The notes under the pieces were generated by a model that saw only the letters and a list, made by a program, of their open reading frames with translations, did no database searches and was not told where the DNA came from. The position numbers and the translations under genes were made by a program. A stretch of 63,998 nt of DNA, the filler included, from Choristocarpus tenellus KU-1152 (taxonomy: Eukaryota; Protista; Phaeophyceae): the NCBI GenBank assembly GCA_964200185.2. It is 12 parts of 12 records of this genome, joined end to end, with 100 filler letters (N's around TTAATTAATTAA, not from the genome) between each part and the next. Parts side by side here need not be neighbours in the genome. Positions count along the whole stretch, not along the records: positions 43,739 to 52,718 come from CAXNAD020004133.1; positions 52,819 to 56,889 come from CAXNAD020016382.1; positions 56,990 to 61,289 come from CAXNAD020015223.1; 9 more parts are not named here. One strand, written 5' to 3'. Below are positions 46,901 through 60,399 of this stretch, in pieces (position 1 is the first letter of the stretch; each line of letters opens with the position of its first letter).

Positions 46901-49688
46901 CCAGATCAGCTGGATGTAGAGAACTCTTCCCTGGCACACTCCCTAGATCCCCAAGATGCACTAGTACACTAACTGGTGAACATATACCACCAGAGAAGGA
47001 ACATGCAACCTTTTTTTATGTAGACCCAGAAGCAGGTACCCAAGAGATGGATCATGAGGAAGGTATCGCCATGATAGACCTTACCCAAGACAAGGATCCT
47101 CTGACCCCATCATTGGAGAATCCAGGTGTGGTACCCCTCCCAGTGGATGTAGCGTGGGAGGACGATGGGACTCTGCAATGGGAATTGCGTCTGTCAGAAG
47201 TAGAACATGTAGAAGAGTTTGTCGGCAAAGTCTGCAAAGGATTCGTTAAGGGGGCATAACCAAAATCCAGACAGTTGGTGGTGATGGAACCTTTATCAAA
47301 GTATAACCTGGAGTTAGGGAATGCTGTAGGAGTTACCATATGTGTACAATGGTGGAACCCAGGAACCCCCATTTATTGCAAGCTGGTAAATACGTGCAGT
47401 AAGCCCAGTAGTATCCAGGCAGGGCTGCCAGTTGCAAAGGCGATTGCTCAGAATACTCAGGATAGAGAGAGGGTGGTTGCACTCTTTCAGTCACTAGCCC
47501 AACCCCCCAGAGACCCTCAAAAAGCCCAGGTTCTGCTTACCACGACTAGTCCCCAGATAAGGCATTCCCCAGAGGCAGAAAATACGAGTGACTGCCCGGT
47601 AGCAGAAGAGGAAGACACCCCTTCTGGTGAAACTGAGGGAATGCATCATTAATCGGTGAGCCTCAGTGTTGCCAACATAGGACAGCTGACACCAGGACAT
47701 AAGAAACAGTTGGTGGAATTGTTGGAAGAATTTAGAAGTTTAGGAGTATTCCCTGAAGATCCCAAACGAGTTCCCCCATGCTCCAGAGGAGTATTACATG
47801 TACCACTATTAGACGAGAACTACACGCCCTATGCAGCGAAACAAAGGCATTTTTCTCCTGAAGAAACATAGATGATTCAAGCCGAGGTTAAGCAGTTGCA
47901 GGAACGTGGTATTATCAGACACTATACCTCAGCATGGGCAGCAGTAGTAGTAGCAGTACGTAAGAAAGATGGGACCTTGAGGTTATGCACAGATTATAGG
48001 ATGCTTAATGAACTCTCACGTAGTGATAGTGGAGGTCTCGGAAACTTCACCAGTACCTTTGATAAGCTAAAGGGTCCTAGCTGTTTCACTACCATAGGTT
48101 TAGCGTCGGGGTTCTTCCAACTAGAAATAGCTCTGAGGTAGACAAACATAAGACAGCTTCCTGTAATGTTCATGGACAACTTTGGGAATATAACATGTGT
48201 GGCTTTGGGTTGAAAATCCTACCTGCAGTATTCTCTAGTTACATGAGAGAGGCCTTAGGAGATCTCAAAGAGGAGGGTGTAGAAAACTGGCTAGACGATC
48301 TTTTTTGCTATGGCTCATCATTTGATGAACACATGACCAAACTTCACCTCCTTACCAGACTCAAGCAATACGACCTATCGGTGAACTTTCCCAAATCCTC
48401 GTGGTGCATGTCCTCACAAGAATTTGTAGGAATGAAGGTGGGTAGAGATGGATTGAGTCCTGCTCCGTCGAAAATGATAGCAGTAGCAAAACTTGACCTC
48501 CCATCTACAGTCGAGCAGTTAAGAAGTTTCCTAGGCATGACAGGATACATGCGACAGTTTGTTCCGAACTATGGCCAAATAGCTGCACCCTTGACTGACA
48601 TCCTCCGGAACAAAGGGTATGCTTCCAAAAAAGACAGGAAGAAGAGTATTCCTTGGGGACCAGAGGAGAAGAAAGCCTTTGAAGAACTTAAGGTGCATCT
48701 GGTTCTCTCCACCAATCCTAGTCTTTCCTAACTGGGATAAATCGTTCCTCCTTCATACAGATGCTAGTAGTGAGGAAGGGGTTGGAGCAACCCTGACCCA
48801 GGTGCAAGATGATGACCAAGAACATGTCATAGCATATGCTAGCCATAGATGGTCTAAAACAGACAGTAGGAGAGCACCCACTGAAAGGGAATGCATGGTC
48901 ATCTTGTGGGCTGTGGAACACTTCCGCTCCTGCATTTGGGGTAGGAAATTCACCCTAATCACTGACTGTTCTGCACTGACTTGGCTCTTCAAGAGCCGTG
49001 AACTCAGCCCCAAGCTCCACAAGTGTGCCCTCCATCTTATGGACTACAGTGTTTTCACACTATATTGGCCTTTTGTACGTTCACCTTGAAGAGAGACCCT
49101 TAATGAATCGCCCACAAAAATCCCTTCCTTACAGGATGTTCTCCCACTCAAATTGTACTTATCAGGATCTCGGCAAAGAGGCACCTCTGGATGCCGAGTC
49201 CGAACCTATGGCACTTGTTTAGGAAGAGGCATTTGGAAGAGTTCTCTTTTTCTCTTTGTTGAGTGGTGTTTGGTTGATGAGGACATTCCTATTTTAACTA
49301 TACAAAAGTAGTACTCTGACCTATAACCACTTTGATGAGCCATCAACCCGCCATGTGCTATCTACTTACCACAGACAGAGGGGGTATGACACAACTGACT
49401 AAACATGCTCGGTCCTCCTAGATAAGAATATACAGCAAACCTGGAGCTATCCCTGGTATCACCGCTAAGCCATGTTATCGTTGACCCGTCAAGAAAACCA
49501 ACACCTAAAATACACTAACTGCTGTATGCAGCACATGCAATATATTTACGCGTACTAAAAACGTTCTTTAAGTTGACCTCTCGTGTTGTATGCACATCCA
49601 TAATCTTCTGCCTCAATTACATTGGCAACAACCCTTTTACTGTATAACAAACACTCAGTCAAATATCTAATTGTACAGATAAAATTTC

Positions 49689-52032
49689 CTAAAAATTGCT
49701 GGCACGCTTTCCCTTTCTGATGTGAAACTTGTTCCCGCAGTCATAGATACCAGATTCCACACTCTCCACTCGAATGACGTAGTTTGAACTTGTCGCAATG
49801 GCCCGCTTTGGTGGTAGGTAGCTTTTGAAGAACGTCTTATCTCTTGCACATCCCTAGTGTTCCGAGCAAATTTGTCACAATGAAGTTGAATGTTGAGGAT
49901 TTGATGAGGGCAATAATTTGGGGTTGGTGCGGTACCTGACTGATGAAAAAACAATACTATATATGCTATATATAGAAAACAATGCTATATGGATGGTACT
50001 GCTACATATCAGGGCAAGAAAATACTACCCAATTAGAGGAATCTAAGCATTGAGTGTGCAATGTCAGCCATTTTTACATCTCTTAAATGAATCTATATTC
50101 TGCAGTAACATCCTGCTCTTCGCTTCAAAGGTCTTGAGCTCCTAGACGATTTAAACAGCTTTTGTCTGCAATACTCGGTATGATAGACCACCTCTTGCCA
50201 ACCAGAAGGACTAGGACTCACATTTTCATCGTGGCAAAGCTTGGCCACAAAGTCGCCACATCCGTCTTCCCCACAGTCTCCATCAACACATTCATGAAGA
50301 TCGACGAAGAACGCTGACGTATCTCTTTCCACCCCGGCATCAGAGAATAGAGGGAAGTGTTTTTTTGAGGATGCTGAAACATATTCTAAATTCCAGTGCC
50401 ATCAACTGTGTCGACCATTGGTTTGTCCACTAGTACTGATTCTTTAGTGCACATTCACCGACATTGCATTATTACGATATGGACTGTACATCATCAAACC
50501 TTATCGTTCCACTCTGTATGGTTATGTTATATTAAACTATTATGAACTCTGACATTTTGTAGATGTGCCAGGGACTGGTTATGTTGTTAAAACATAGCTT
50601 ACACTTACTCTATGATTAGTGTCGACCTTTGCCCTGTCCACTATTTTATTCTATAGTTAGGAAGTCTGATCCATTTGTAGCTGTTCCTCAACACACAAAC
50701 TCAGTCAGTATATCACACTTGGGTTTTATAGTTATTTATTTTAAATGTTAACCCCTCTTCTGACTTCCAATTTACTCTGTAATATGTATGCCTCGACACA
50801 CAACTGGATGGAATATATCCAGAGAAGATACATTTACAAGCCTCTACTCAGAGAATGCATCACTATCCTGGACCACACACTGAATAGTGCAGTACTTCCA
50901 CGGTATCCAATCAGTCTCTTCACAGAGTACGCCATAAGATGTATATATCATTGAATTCCACCAGTGCTTAAATACATTAGGTCATCTCTTCACTTTTCAA
51001 GACTTAAAGCCTCTATACAAAGAATTTCATGAGAAGCAACGATCCTTGCATTCAAGCTTTTATTATGGGACGCTTGGAATCCTCCTCTTCCTATCCCAGT
51101 CAGATAGGCTACTCAATGCCCAAATTCACACTGAATTGTACACAATACGATTAACGATAACTTCGCTCACAAAAGGTTTCAGTTTCAGGTAGCGAAGCAG
51201 AACCATTTTGATTTGAGAGCCTACCCATTTTGACCACACCAGGCTATGAATTTATTGGTCCCTCTTGTACAAGAATGGGATCACAGAAAATAAATCATAT
51301 GGTATAATAAACACGCAACATGGCACTTGATTCTGGAAGTTGGAAGCGTATTTGTACCGAAAGAGGACTCCAGGACGAAGATGCGGCAATATGCGCTAGA
51401 TTGACTGGTGGCAGGGAATAAGCGTTGAACCTCCAGCATTTAAAAATACAGAAAAGAGGAAATGTCAAGTAGTGACGTTTAAAATTACCTCAACATGTAG
51501 GTATTGACTACAAAAAAAAACGTCCTAGCCAAATATCAGCAAGGCAGAGAGCGAACTGTCTACTTTCTATAGTGCTTCTTGAGATTTTGAACATATTATA
51601 CACATTTTCCACTTCTTGTGGAAAAAATTTATATATATATAGATTGACTCACATTACTGACGGCCTCTCGAATATCCATGATATCCATAGTTTTTTCCCA
51701 GCTTTCTTCTGAAAGCCGTCACCGAAGTGCCTGACTTCCACATATCCCTCCACAGGCTTTGGGCCAGGTGTAGGACTTGGTGTAGCCTCAGGTGTAGGCT
51801 TAGGGGTCGGACCAGGTATAGGACTTGGTGTAGCCTCAGGTGTAGGCTTAGGGTTCGGACCAGGTATAGGACTTGGTGTAGCCTCAGGTGCAGGCTTAGG
51901 GGTCGGACCAGGTGTAGGCTCAGGGGTAGGACCAGGGATGGGGCTAGGAGTTCCTGAAGGTGGAATGTACTCACAGCTATCCATCGTATCATAGTCTTTG
52001 ATATACTTTCCAAGTTCAAAGTGATATTGCAT
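49689..52032 (-). CDS. 3' part of a probable secreted/cell-wall protein: Pro/Thr linker plus Cys-rich, possibly Ig-like, C-terminal domain. Exons 51653-52032, 50222-50324, 49689-49853
   Basis: Exons join in phase with gtgagt donors: [10 protein letters not shown]...(PT linker)...[32 protein letters not shown]|[34 protein letters not shown]|GCARDKTFF...[22 protein letters not shown]...F*. Confidence 0.8.
51763..51950 (-). repeat. 48-bp coding tandem repeat ([16 protein letters not shown]) x~3.5
   Basis: ggacttggtgtagcctcaggtg(t/c)aggcttaggg(g/t)tcggaccaggt units. Confidence 0.95.
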
Positions 52033-52818
52033 CTAGTTGGTCGTACGTTATAGGCATACGCGCAACAAACAGTTGGTCATAAGCATCCAGCGGTCAGGTC
52101 GGGGGCACAGATTGTCAGGTGAGGCGAGAAATTGATATTTTCATTACTAGTTCGACATACACAGGTTTACACACAGGTACCATTTTGTCGAAGATGGAAT
52201 GAATGAATGGAGTGTGGTCTTTTGACAATAAAACGGTGCCACAGTACTTATTGAAGTATTTCCTACCGCTATATTTACCATACGGCAGTGCATGCAATTT
52301 CAAGAAACATTCAAAGACCCTGAATATATTTTGTCATAATCCAGCCAGGCCATATCTTTAAAGAATGTATACAAAGGCATCACAATATACTGTTTCTGTA
52401 ACTCTCATCGAAAATGTCTATGTTGACTACAGGGTGTGTGTAGACTTGATACTGCAAATCATTTGGCGACCTTTAGACATGGTTCGGTACAACACTATAA
52501 AGTTTTCTCGGTTGAATGAAAAGTGGGTACTAGTGGTTTGAGCAAAAGTACCCTCGAGGGTAGGGCTGTGTCCATTTGGGGGTCAAAATCCAATGTTGCG
52601 ATTTTGATATAATTTTGGCTATCATGTTTGTTGGGAAGTGTCAATATCCTTGTTTCGGACACACTTCTTCATGACGTCTACATGAGTGAAACTATCTTAG
52701 AGGGTACGAATTTTTCCCNNNNNNNNNNNNNNNNNNNNNNNNNNNNNNNNNNNNNNNNNNNNTTAATTAATTAANNNNNNNNNNNNNNNNNNNNNNNNNN
52801 NNNNNNNNNNNNNNNNNN

Positions 52819-53150
52819 AACCACCTGTTTATGGTGCTCATGCCATAACTCAGTCTCTTGGCGACCATCTTCATTGTCACCTGACGCACTGTGGATGACC
52901 GATTATCGGAGTTGATACTATGTATTGTGGCCATCTTGGTCGGTGTGAGCTCCGATGGCCGCCCACTATGTGCTGCCAACCCTAGGTCATGCGTGTGGCC
53001 ACAGGTGAGCTGATTGGCATGTCCTCCGAGAGCCCTCGCATATGTAACGCTCGGACACTCCAAACTCGGCTGTGAGGGCCGGCCCAACGTGTCGTGGCAG
53101 TTAATGTTCACCAGGGACCATCGTGAGGGTGTGCCGCACTGCAAGCACAA
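52819..53150 (-). mobile_element. Tc1/mariner transposase N-terminal (HTH) fragment, frameshifted
   Basis: ALTAEFGVSERY...SGRPSELTPTKMATIHSINSDNRSSTVRQV...LSYGMSTINRW: two HTH-like segments around a GRP linker; cut by the contig end. Confidence 0.6.
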
Positions 53151-54469
53151 CCCTGGTATTCAGGGACACTTGGGCACCCTTCCTACAGGGGGGGGTCACC
53201 GGGGGGTTTGCCATATGCCTACGTTCTGACCCTCGACGTGCCCAGTTCTGGCCTCAAAATCACCCCAAAAGACCCCTACTTTGATGGCTTGGAGCACCTC
53301 GAGTTTGTACCTGAAGATCCTTGACCCCCACCTTTTCTGAAAGCTGAGATTGTCAACCCTATTTCATTCTGTGGGGTTATCATCCGATTCGGTGCCGTTC
53401 TCTCTCAGCAAGACCAGATGTTTCGCGGTACAAACTTATGGGACAGAGGTAGTACAATTCATGCTGCTCAGATGTGATTAGTGTTAATTGTCTCAACCCA
53501 ACCAAGAATCGTAAAATGATGTTGATTTCATGCCTCTACACTACATAACTCTCTAATCGAAATCTTCCCTTTGACCTACTAAATACAGTGTCATACACAT
53601 CATTTTTTTCTACACTTTCTACTGAGTTTGACTCAAGGTATAGACCTCTATATCATGACAGAGTTTATATTGTTTTGATCAAGAAGCCCATCTATGTATG
53701 AAGTGTGGCAAAGAGACACCCTGCCAAAGAATCTCGCACCACAGCATACCCATAGAAACAACACGTAAGCCTACATGATGATACATTGTCACTGACCACT
53801 ATTGTATGTCGCACATGTACAGTCCTTGTGAAGAGTAAAATACCTTTAAGTCCACCCCTCCAACTATTCGTCAGGTTTTAGAGCTCTCTTGAACCTTTCC
53901 AAGTAATCATCCAGAACATTACGCTTTTGATATACCATATACCATTTTGAACCCTTTCCAATATGTATTCTCCTACCTGATAGGTTAGATAATCCGATAA
54001 ATCCGCCCACCTCAACAGTTGTATCTCAAGTACCTGGTCTTGTTCACCCACTTTCCTACGTACACGACCTAGTAGCAATGTACAACACTCCTATTTTCCT
54101 GACTCCTTCGCCTGTTCCGAATCTCCAGACTACTACAGGGTCGTGCAACAAGTCGTAAGAGGAAGGATGCACAGAGCAATGAAGATGGGGCATCAGGGTT
54201 GTGTTCTGTACTTCCTGCACTTCAGTTTGTCCTTGCCGGGGCTGTGGGGCGACCAGGGGGGTACCACCCTATCCCAGCCATTAGACTCTGGTTTGAGGTT
54301 TTCAGCTCTGTGTGAGTTTGTAGTATCAACCTGTAGAAGCATTGAAAAGTACTTGTGCCTTTTTTACTGTGTTGTGATTGTGAATGCTGTAGTAGCTATT
54401 GGACTAGTGGTGTGCTACGGTAAGGCATGTAGTATTGTTGTGGACAAGACACTTATGCAGTAATTTTGC

Positions 54470-56200
54470 GTTCAAGTTGGTGCAGATGTGGCAAGGATGG
54501 TCGCCTTCTAGAGGAATGCCATTCCACGGAGTCAAAGTCAACGCGACGTACCTGGAGTTGAGTTTTAAGGATGCTGACATACATGTAAAAATTGATTTTT
54601 GTACAAATGCGACTTTGATATTTTTTGGATTCTGTCGAAAAGTCTCATCAAACAATAGAGAAATCAACGCTCTCAATTCAAACTTAGCACTCATCCATAG
54701 AAATATGAGTGAATTGTAAAAAACTGAAAAACCGGTCAAAGTGCAAAACTTTCAACACCTGGGTAACTGTTATTTACTTTGGCTCACTGTATTCTGGGTA
54801 CTAGAAGATCAAGACAATAAGAAGCCCCTATCATCTGCCATTGTCAAGTCTACATGTACACGGTTACCTAAACGTATGGTTTCTCTGATAAAGAAACTTG
54901 AATGAGCCATATGGATTAACGTTTAGCGCATCTTTTCATCTACCTGCTAAAGTATGTATTGTGCTCTGCTAACTTGCTTTCGTCCATGTTGTCATTCTTT
55001 TGCAATATCTTGCGGAATTTTATTAGTGACTGCCACAAGACACTGCTCATGATGTGTTAATGTACTGTGTATTTAGCTGTTTCTGGTGCTGTTTTGATGA
55101 TCCCTCCAGGGTGACGATGGTGCTGTTTAGCTCAGTGGTGTCGATCGAAGACCCTACTGTCTTTCCCAAACGGGAAGTGGTGTTCTATCTCTTCATTTTC
55201 GTAAGTGTGGTGGAGATCTCACGACCTTTTGTGACATTTGCTCTGGTGTTTGGAGTGATTCGCATAAAGAATTGTGTTGATCGTAAGTCCATCCCAGCTA
55301 TGTTGTGGTGATGTGTAGGATTGAATTGACATCACCTTCATTTGGTATATATTCCATCTTAAGGGAAAATTACAAGTATATGTGATTGTTTTGCTTTGCA
55401 GAATTTAATCTTTAGAGGTGTAGAGTGCTTTCGCATCTGCATGCCACCATCAAAGTCCGTTCCTGTTGTCAAATGAAAGGTGTTGAGGCAAGACGTGGGA
55501 TGCCTGTTCTCTGTCTTGTTGGAAATCACGTTGAAACTTTCTGGTCAACTGCCAGGCCTTCTATGTAGTTATGATGCTCATGTATGGACCTCCAACTGGT
55601 CAGATAGCCATAGGCACGCTGACTGCATGTTCCATTCTGGACACCACAAGATAAGCGCTTGGTAATTTCAGTGTCAAACACAGGATGTCTATGTTGAGAG
55701 AAGGTAGTTGACTTGACCATGAACTGTCCACCTTTGCATAGGTTGTTCTGCGTGTGCTATGAGAACCAACCTCCTCAACAGGGTACCAGGGACATAACAA
55801 GTTTGGTGCCTGCTTCATTCCTGTTCACCGTTTGTCTTTGCTCCGGATATGATCACCTTGTACTGAGACAGGGCATAGTTCTGCGGGAGATGTCAGAGTT
55901 TCGACAAGCACTCAGGATTGAAAAACAGCGCACTGCTAAGGGAATTTTAAGGTGATTGTCCGCATGTGCTGAAATGACAGTTATGTTTATGAACTCTACT
56001 ATCGTATTCAGGAACTTGTTGATGTGTTCCAATGATAATATCTGACAAACCTACAATAGAGAAGATGATTGATTGCAAGTTCTACACATTGTGATGCAAT
56101 GGGCACCTAGAGGTTTCTATGGTTTCCCAAAATGCTCTTTGTGGACAATAGTAGAATCAGAAGCTCTTTCAGTCTGGCTTCCAATCCTCATGTTTGTATA
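54470..56200 (+). mobile_element. Degraded, compacted Ty1/copia relic upstream of the TRP exons
   Basis: WCRCGKDGRLLEEC (zinc-knuckle-like), KIDFCTNA (protease-like), CFDDPSRVTMVLF and RIELTSPS (integrase-like), AEMTV...PMIISDK...HLEV (RNase H-like), in copia order. Confidence 0.5.
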
Positions 56201-56298
56201 CTACAGTAAAGAAGTACATTGTTTGAACCAAACCTTCAGTGAACAAATTACTACTTTCTTCTTTGCATCTTGCTGTTGTTGCTTCTGATGTGATCCAG

Positions 56299-56889
56299 GT
56301 ATTTCAACGACAACTGGAATTTCCTGGATATCTTACTTCTCAGCTTGCTTTCAGTTGCATTTGTTCTTCGACTTATCGCTCTGGATGACACCTCTGCGAA
56401 TCCGCCAGCTTTGTTCCCTGCACAGACAGCCCTTGCAATCAGTGCCCCATTGTTCTTCGGCCGAACCCTCTTCCTGGTGCAGATCAATAGCAACATGGGC
56501 CCCATGGTTCCAGTAAGTGTTACGCATGAGCTTGTTTTTTTTCCTGGAATATATATGTAAGGCTTTGTTCCGTTGATTGAGCGATTATTACTTCATTGGA
56601 TTCCATTGTTTCTATGTGAGTCACACCTCTTGCTTCATCTCAATGGCGACATCTAGTGTTGCCTGAAATGTAGACACGGAAGATGCAAATTTTCTATGCT
56701 ATCTTGTACTTGAACTACTACTTTCACCCAATTAACATTCAAACAAACTGCACACTCACGTGCATGTCCAACTCAGATCATCTTCGCCATGATATGGGAA
56801 CTGGCACAATTTGTTGTGCTTCTATTCGTCCTGATGGTGGGATTTGCCATGGCCTTCTGGGCACTATTCAACCCTAACTCTTCAGTACT
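56299..56889 (+). CDS. TRP-family cation channel, S3-S5 region; exons 56299-56512 and 56777-56889
   Basis: YFNDNWNFLDILLLSLLSVAFVLR...APLFFGRTLFLVQINSNMGPMVP|IIFAMIWELAQFVVLLFVLMVGFAMAFWALF: YFxDxWNxLD, the S4-S5 linker GPM and an S5 GFa.af..LF motif; cag/gtaagt splice sites. Confidence 0.85.
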
Positions 56890-57779
56890 NNNNNNNNNNN
56901 NNNNNNNNNNNNNNNNNNNNNNNNNNNNNNNNNTTAATTAATTAANNNNNNNNNNNNNNNNNNNNNNNNNNNNNNNNNNNNNNNNNNNNGCCCATACACC
57001 CCCCCCCCCCCCCCCCAGATACTCTGACCCATTATTTTTTCTGGGGAAACCATTATTACCATTACCGGATGTAGACCATCAAACCTCTCAACCCGTTATT
57101 GGCCAATATACTATTGATAGCATTGTTGTACATAGACCTGGTCCTGGTCGTCGTTCATCCACCAATGTTATCCATTGCCTTCATCTTCGTGGATGTGGAC
57201 CGTCTTGTGATCTTCACAAAAGCATAGAACAGATCCCACAATGCCGTGAAATGATTGCAGCCTATCGTGTGCAGTAAATGGATTGGATAACCAGTAACAA
57301 TTCTTGTCCCTCGTGGTGTTGACATTGAGATTGAGAATTCGTGTTTTACTGTTATCATACTCCTTTGCATAGTCTGTATATCATGCATTGCTGTCGTGTC
57401 GTATCCTATCGTGTCAGTAAAGAGATTATCGTAGGTATGTGTGGTACAGATCATGGCCATTTTGTTTGTTTGTTTGTTTCATTGCGTGTTTGTTTACTTA
57501 TTTAAAAAAAAAAGACTAGTTAAGTCTCTCTTGACCAGATCTCGTGGTACCCACGTACTATAATCCTCTACATAATAGGTTGTCCATCATCCTCTAGTTT
57601 AGACAAATCGTGTTTGTGTGTGTGCGTCATATATATATATATTTTGCCATAGATGGATGGGTATATAGTCTATCGGTTTTGTGAAGAGACGAGATAACTG
57701 GTAACAGATGCCAGTTAACCTGTTCACGTCCAGCTCTGACTTGGCATCATCTCGTCTTTACCAGGTGTTTATCAATCCC

Positions 57780-57941
57780 TGCAAATAGACTACACACATA
57801 AATATTGGTGGATTAGATACATTAATATACAATTGCAAATAGACTATACACATAAATATTGGTGGATTAGATACATTAATATACAATTGCAAATAGACTT
57901 TACATAAATGTTGGTGGATTAGATAAATTAATATACAATTA
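57780..57941. repeat. Tandem repeat, ~54-bp unit x3
   Basis: tgcaaatagacta.acacataaatattggtggattagatacattaatatacaat; the third copy is slightly shorter. Confidence 0.95.
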
Positions 57942-60399
57942 ATTTTATCTCTCAACTCTCCTTGTTTGCATGAGTGGACACATGCGGTGGTGAAGAGACC
58001 GTATCACCCGGCACATATATTAGCTCTAAAGGTGGCTGTTCATTACATCATGTCATGCTTTCATGAAAAGGATTTATTGATCATCATGAAATGACTAACA
58101 CCATCCTATAACAGAAAAAAAAGGGAGACTCAAGTCTACCACCAGGTAAGGGATGGAGACTCAAGGTGAGCCATACATGTTATTTATTTATTTTTGTGTG
58201 GCATGACCCCCCGACATGATGTAATGACCGTACAGTCACCTCGTATCGTTTTAGGAGAGTTGAGCCACCAACATTGTACGTTTATCCGAGTTGTCCACTT
58301 GGAATATTGTTGTCGTGAGCAATATTTCCAATCGAAGTCAGAATTGAGAAAGGAGAATGGGTGCACACATTTGATCTCATCATTCGTTTGCTGTGTTGAT
58401 ATTGGTCATGTAACACGCGATGTTGTTTTCACGCATTGGAGTGGTGATCAAACCATCGTATAACACCTGTATAGCAATGTCGAAATCACAAACGCTAGTC
58501 AAATTGTGTTGTTGACATCGTTTATAGTGTTCGCTCCTTGTACCCTCATTCTGAGTGTATCCTCTGTTTTATACAAGATACTAGAGACCTATATGCTGGC
58601 CACATATATATATACCTCTCGACCCGTCTTTAGGCTGACTGATATGCTGATCCCATACACTCAGACCTCGTTTGTAAGCTTGATTGGGGTGCTGACCACA
58701 CACCATCAACCTTTAGGCTATGTCATCCTGATCAGATAGATATACATCGTTAGCCTCGTTTATATTGCATACTTCATTTCGTGTTAATGAAGTCGTGTGA
58801 TACAATGAATGGTGCAATGTATACTAACAATCACACATGTTTCCCATTTCGCTCCCAGAGCTCACCTTTTGGTTGACCTTGAATCATGTTTACATGGCTT
58901 CAAGGTCGATCAGAGGGGGGGGCGATGTGGAAAGCATATTTGCCTGTTATTATACCGTTATTGCCATATACCGTTATACCGTGGTACCAATTAAGGTTCC
59001 CAGTCAAGAGTCCGTGATTTCACAGACAGACTTTCTGTCCGAATGTCACACATGGAAGTTCCATCCACTTCATTCTCACGTCTTTTGACTGGTGGTGATG
59101 AAGTCCCATCTCGATGTTGCTCATCACCTCCTCAATTTGCACTACTTGCCATCTATTTGTCCAACCTTAACCTCATACCCTCGGTCACGGTTTGTCCTTG
59201 TTGGTGTGGTCCGTCTTGCCCGGTGATTCTCTTCGCCACCCTCCTTGCCTGAGTGAACCACGCCTCCACAGAATCACACGATGCACACCGGCGACGATGC
59301 CAGTGAGATTCAAACTCACGCGTGCAATGCACACAAACTTAGCAGAACCGCAATCACCATGTCAATTGACTTACTACTCCTGACAAACCATAACAGATGA
59401 CAAACATGACAAACATGCTGCCAAACGCCTTTCAAGTTACACCAGACGAGAACGCCTTCTTTGCTGCTGCCCCAAAGCAGGTAAGTGAGATAACAAACAC
59501 TCCACTTATTTGTCTTCACTACCTAGTAAAAATCATTCCTCGACTGATACAGTCTCCTTAAATGATAGGAAGGCAGGTCTCTCACCGGTGTGCTCAAAAG
59601 AAGGTCCCTTTACTTAACTCACTTTCACCCCCTCCCCCCCCCAAAAAAACGAGAACTCGGATTTCAAAAAATATTTTAATCGTATACATACAATCTATCA
59701 TCTGATACAATATATCTGACCAATACCAATTTGACAAAACAATCCAATAAATATAAATATAAATATAAATATATATATAGAGACGTGGACCTCAAGGCAT
59801 ACACCTCAAAGAGGTCCAAACTGGACTTATCTTTGGGTCCAGACATGGTTACTATTAAATAACACAACACCACAAGATACAAAAAATAAAAAAAAGAGTA
59901 CCACATTTCCTATACAAAATACCGCACATTAAAAAAAACAGATACAATTAACTTCTAGCACAACGATATGTATCTGACGGAACAAAATCACAAAAAAAAA
60001 ATGATAAAAAAAAATATATATTACCACAGCACTGAAGTATCAACATGTCATACAAAAATAATTACAACCCATACTCTCAACAAACTCTTAATCCAAAACA
60101 AGGCATCCAGCATTAAAAACCCTTCCCGACCCCCCCCCCTTGGTCCTCTACTTGTATCCCTGCCAACACCACATCTCACTCCCTGTACATCATAGAGAGA
60201 GAGATGCTCCTCCACACTCTAACAAAGCCTGTACAGCCAAAACGCCTACCCTAATCGAAATTACCAAACAACTCAACCCGAATGTATCCAACGCTCTACT
60301 GCATGTAACAGCCAAACCCACTCATTAAGAGAGTCATTAGTATCCAAGGAGGCGTGCGTGCCTTGAAAAAAAATTACTTATAAAATATTGATCCTTCAT

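Larger units (their letters stand above)
43739..49050 (+). mobile_element. Ty3/gypsy LTR retrotransposon, decayed (gag, protease, RT, RNase H; integrase missing)
   Basis: Protease ILLDTGAG (~46420); RT SAWAAVVVAVRKKDGTLRLCTDYRMLN, LASGFFQL, MCGFGLK, WLDDL and QLRSFLGMTGYMRQFVPNY; RNase H LHTDAS...IAYAS...TEREC...LITDCSALTWL. Many stops and frameshifts. Confidence 0.95.
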
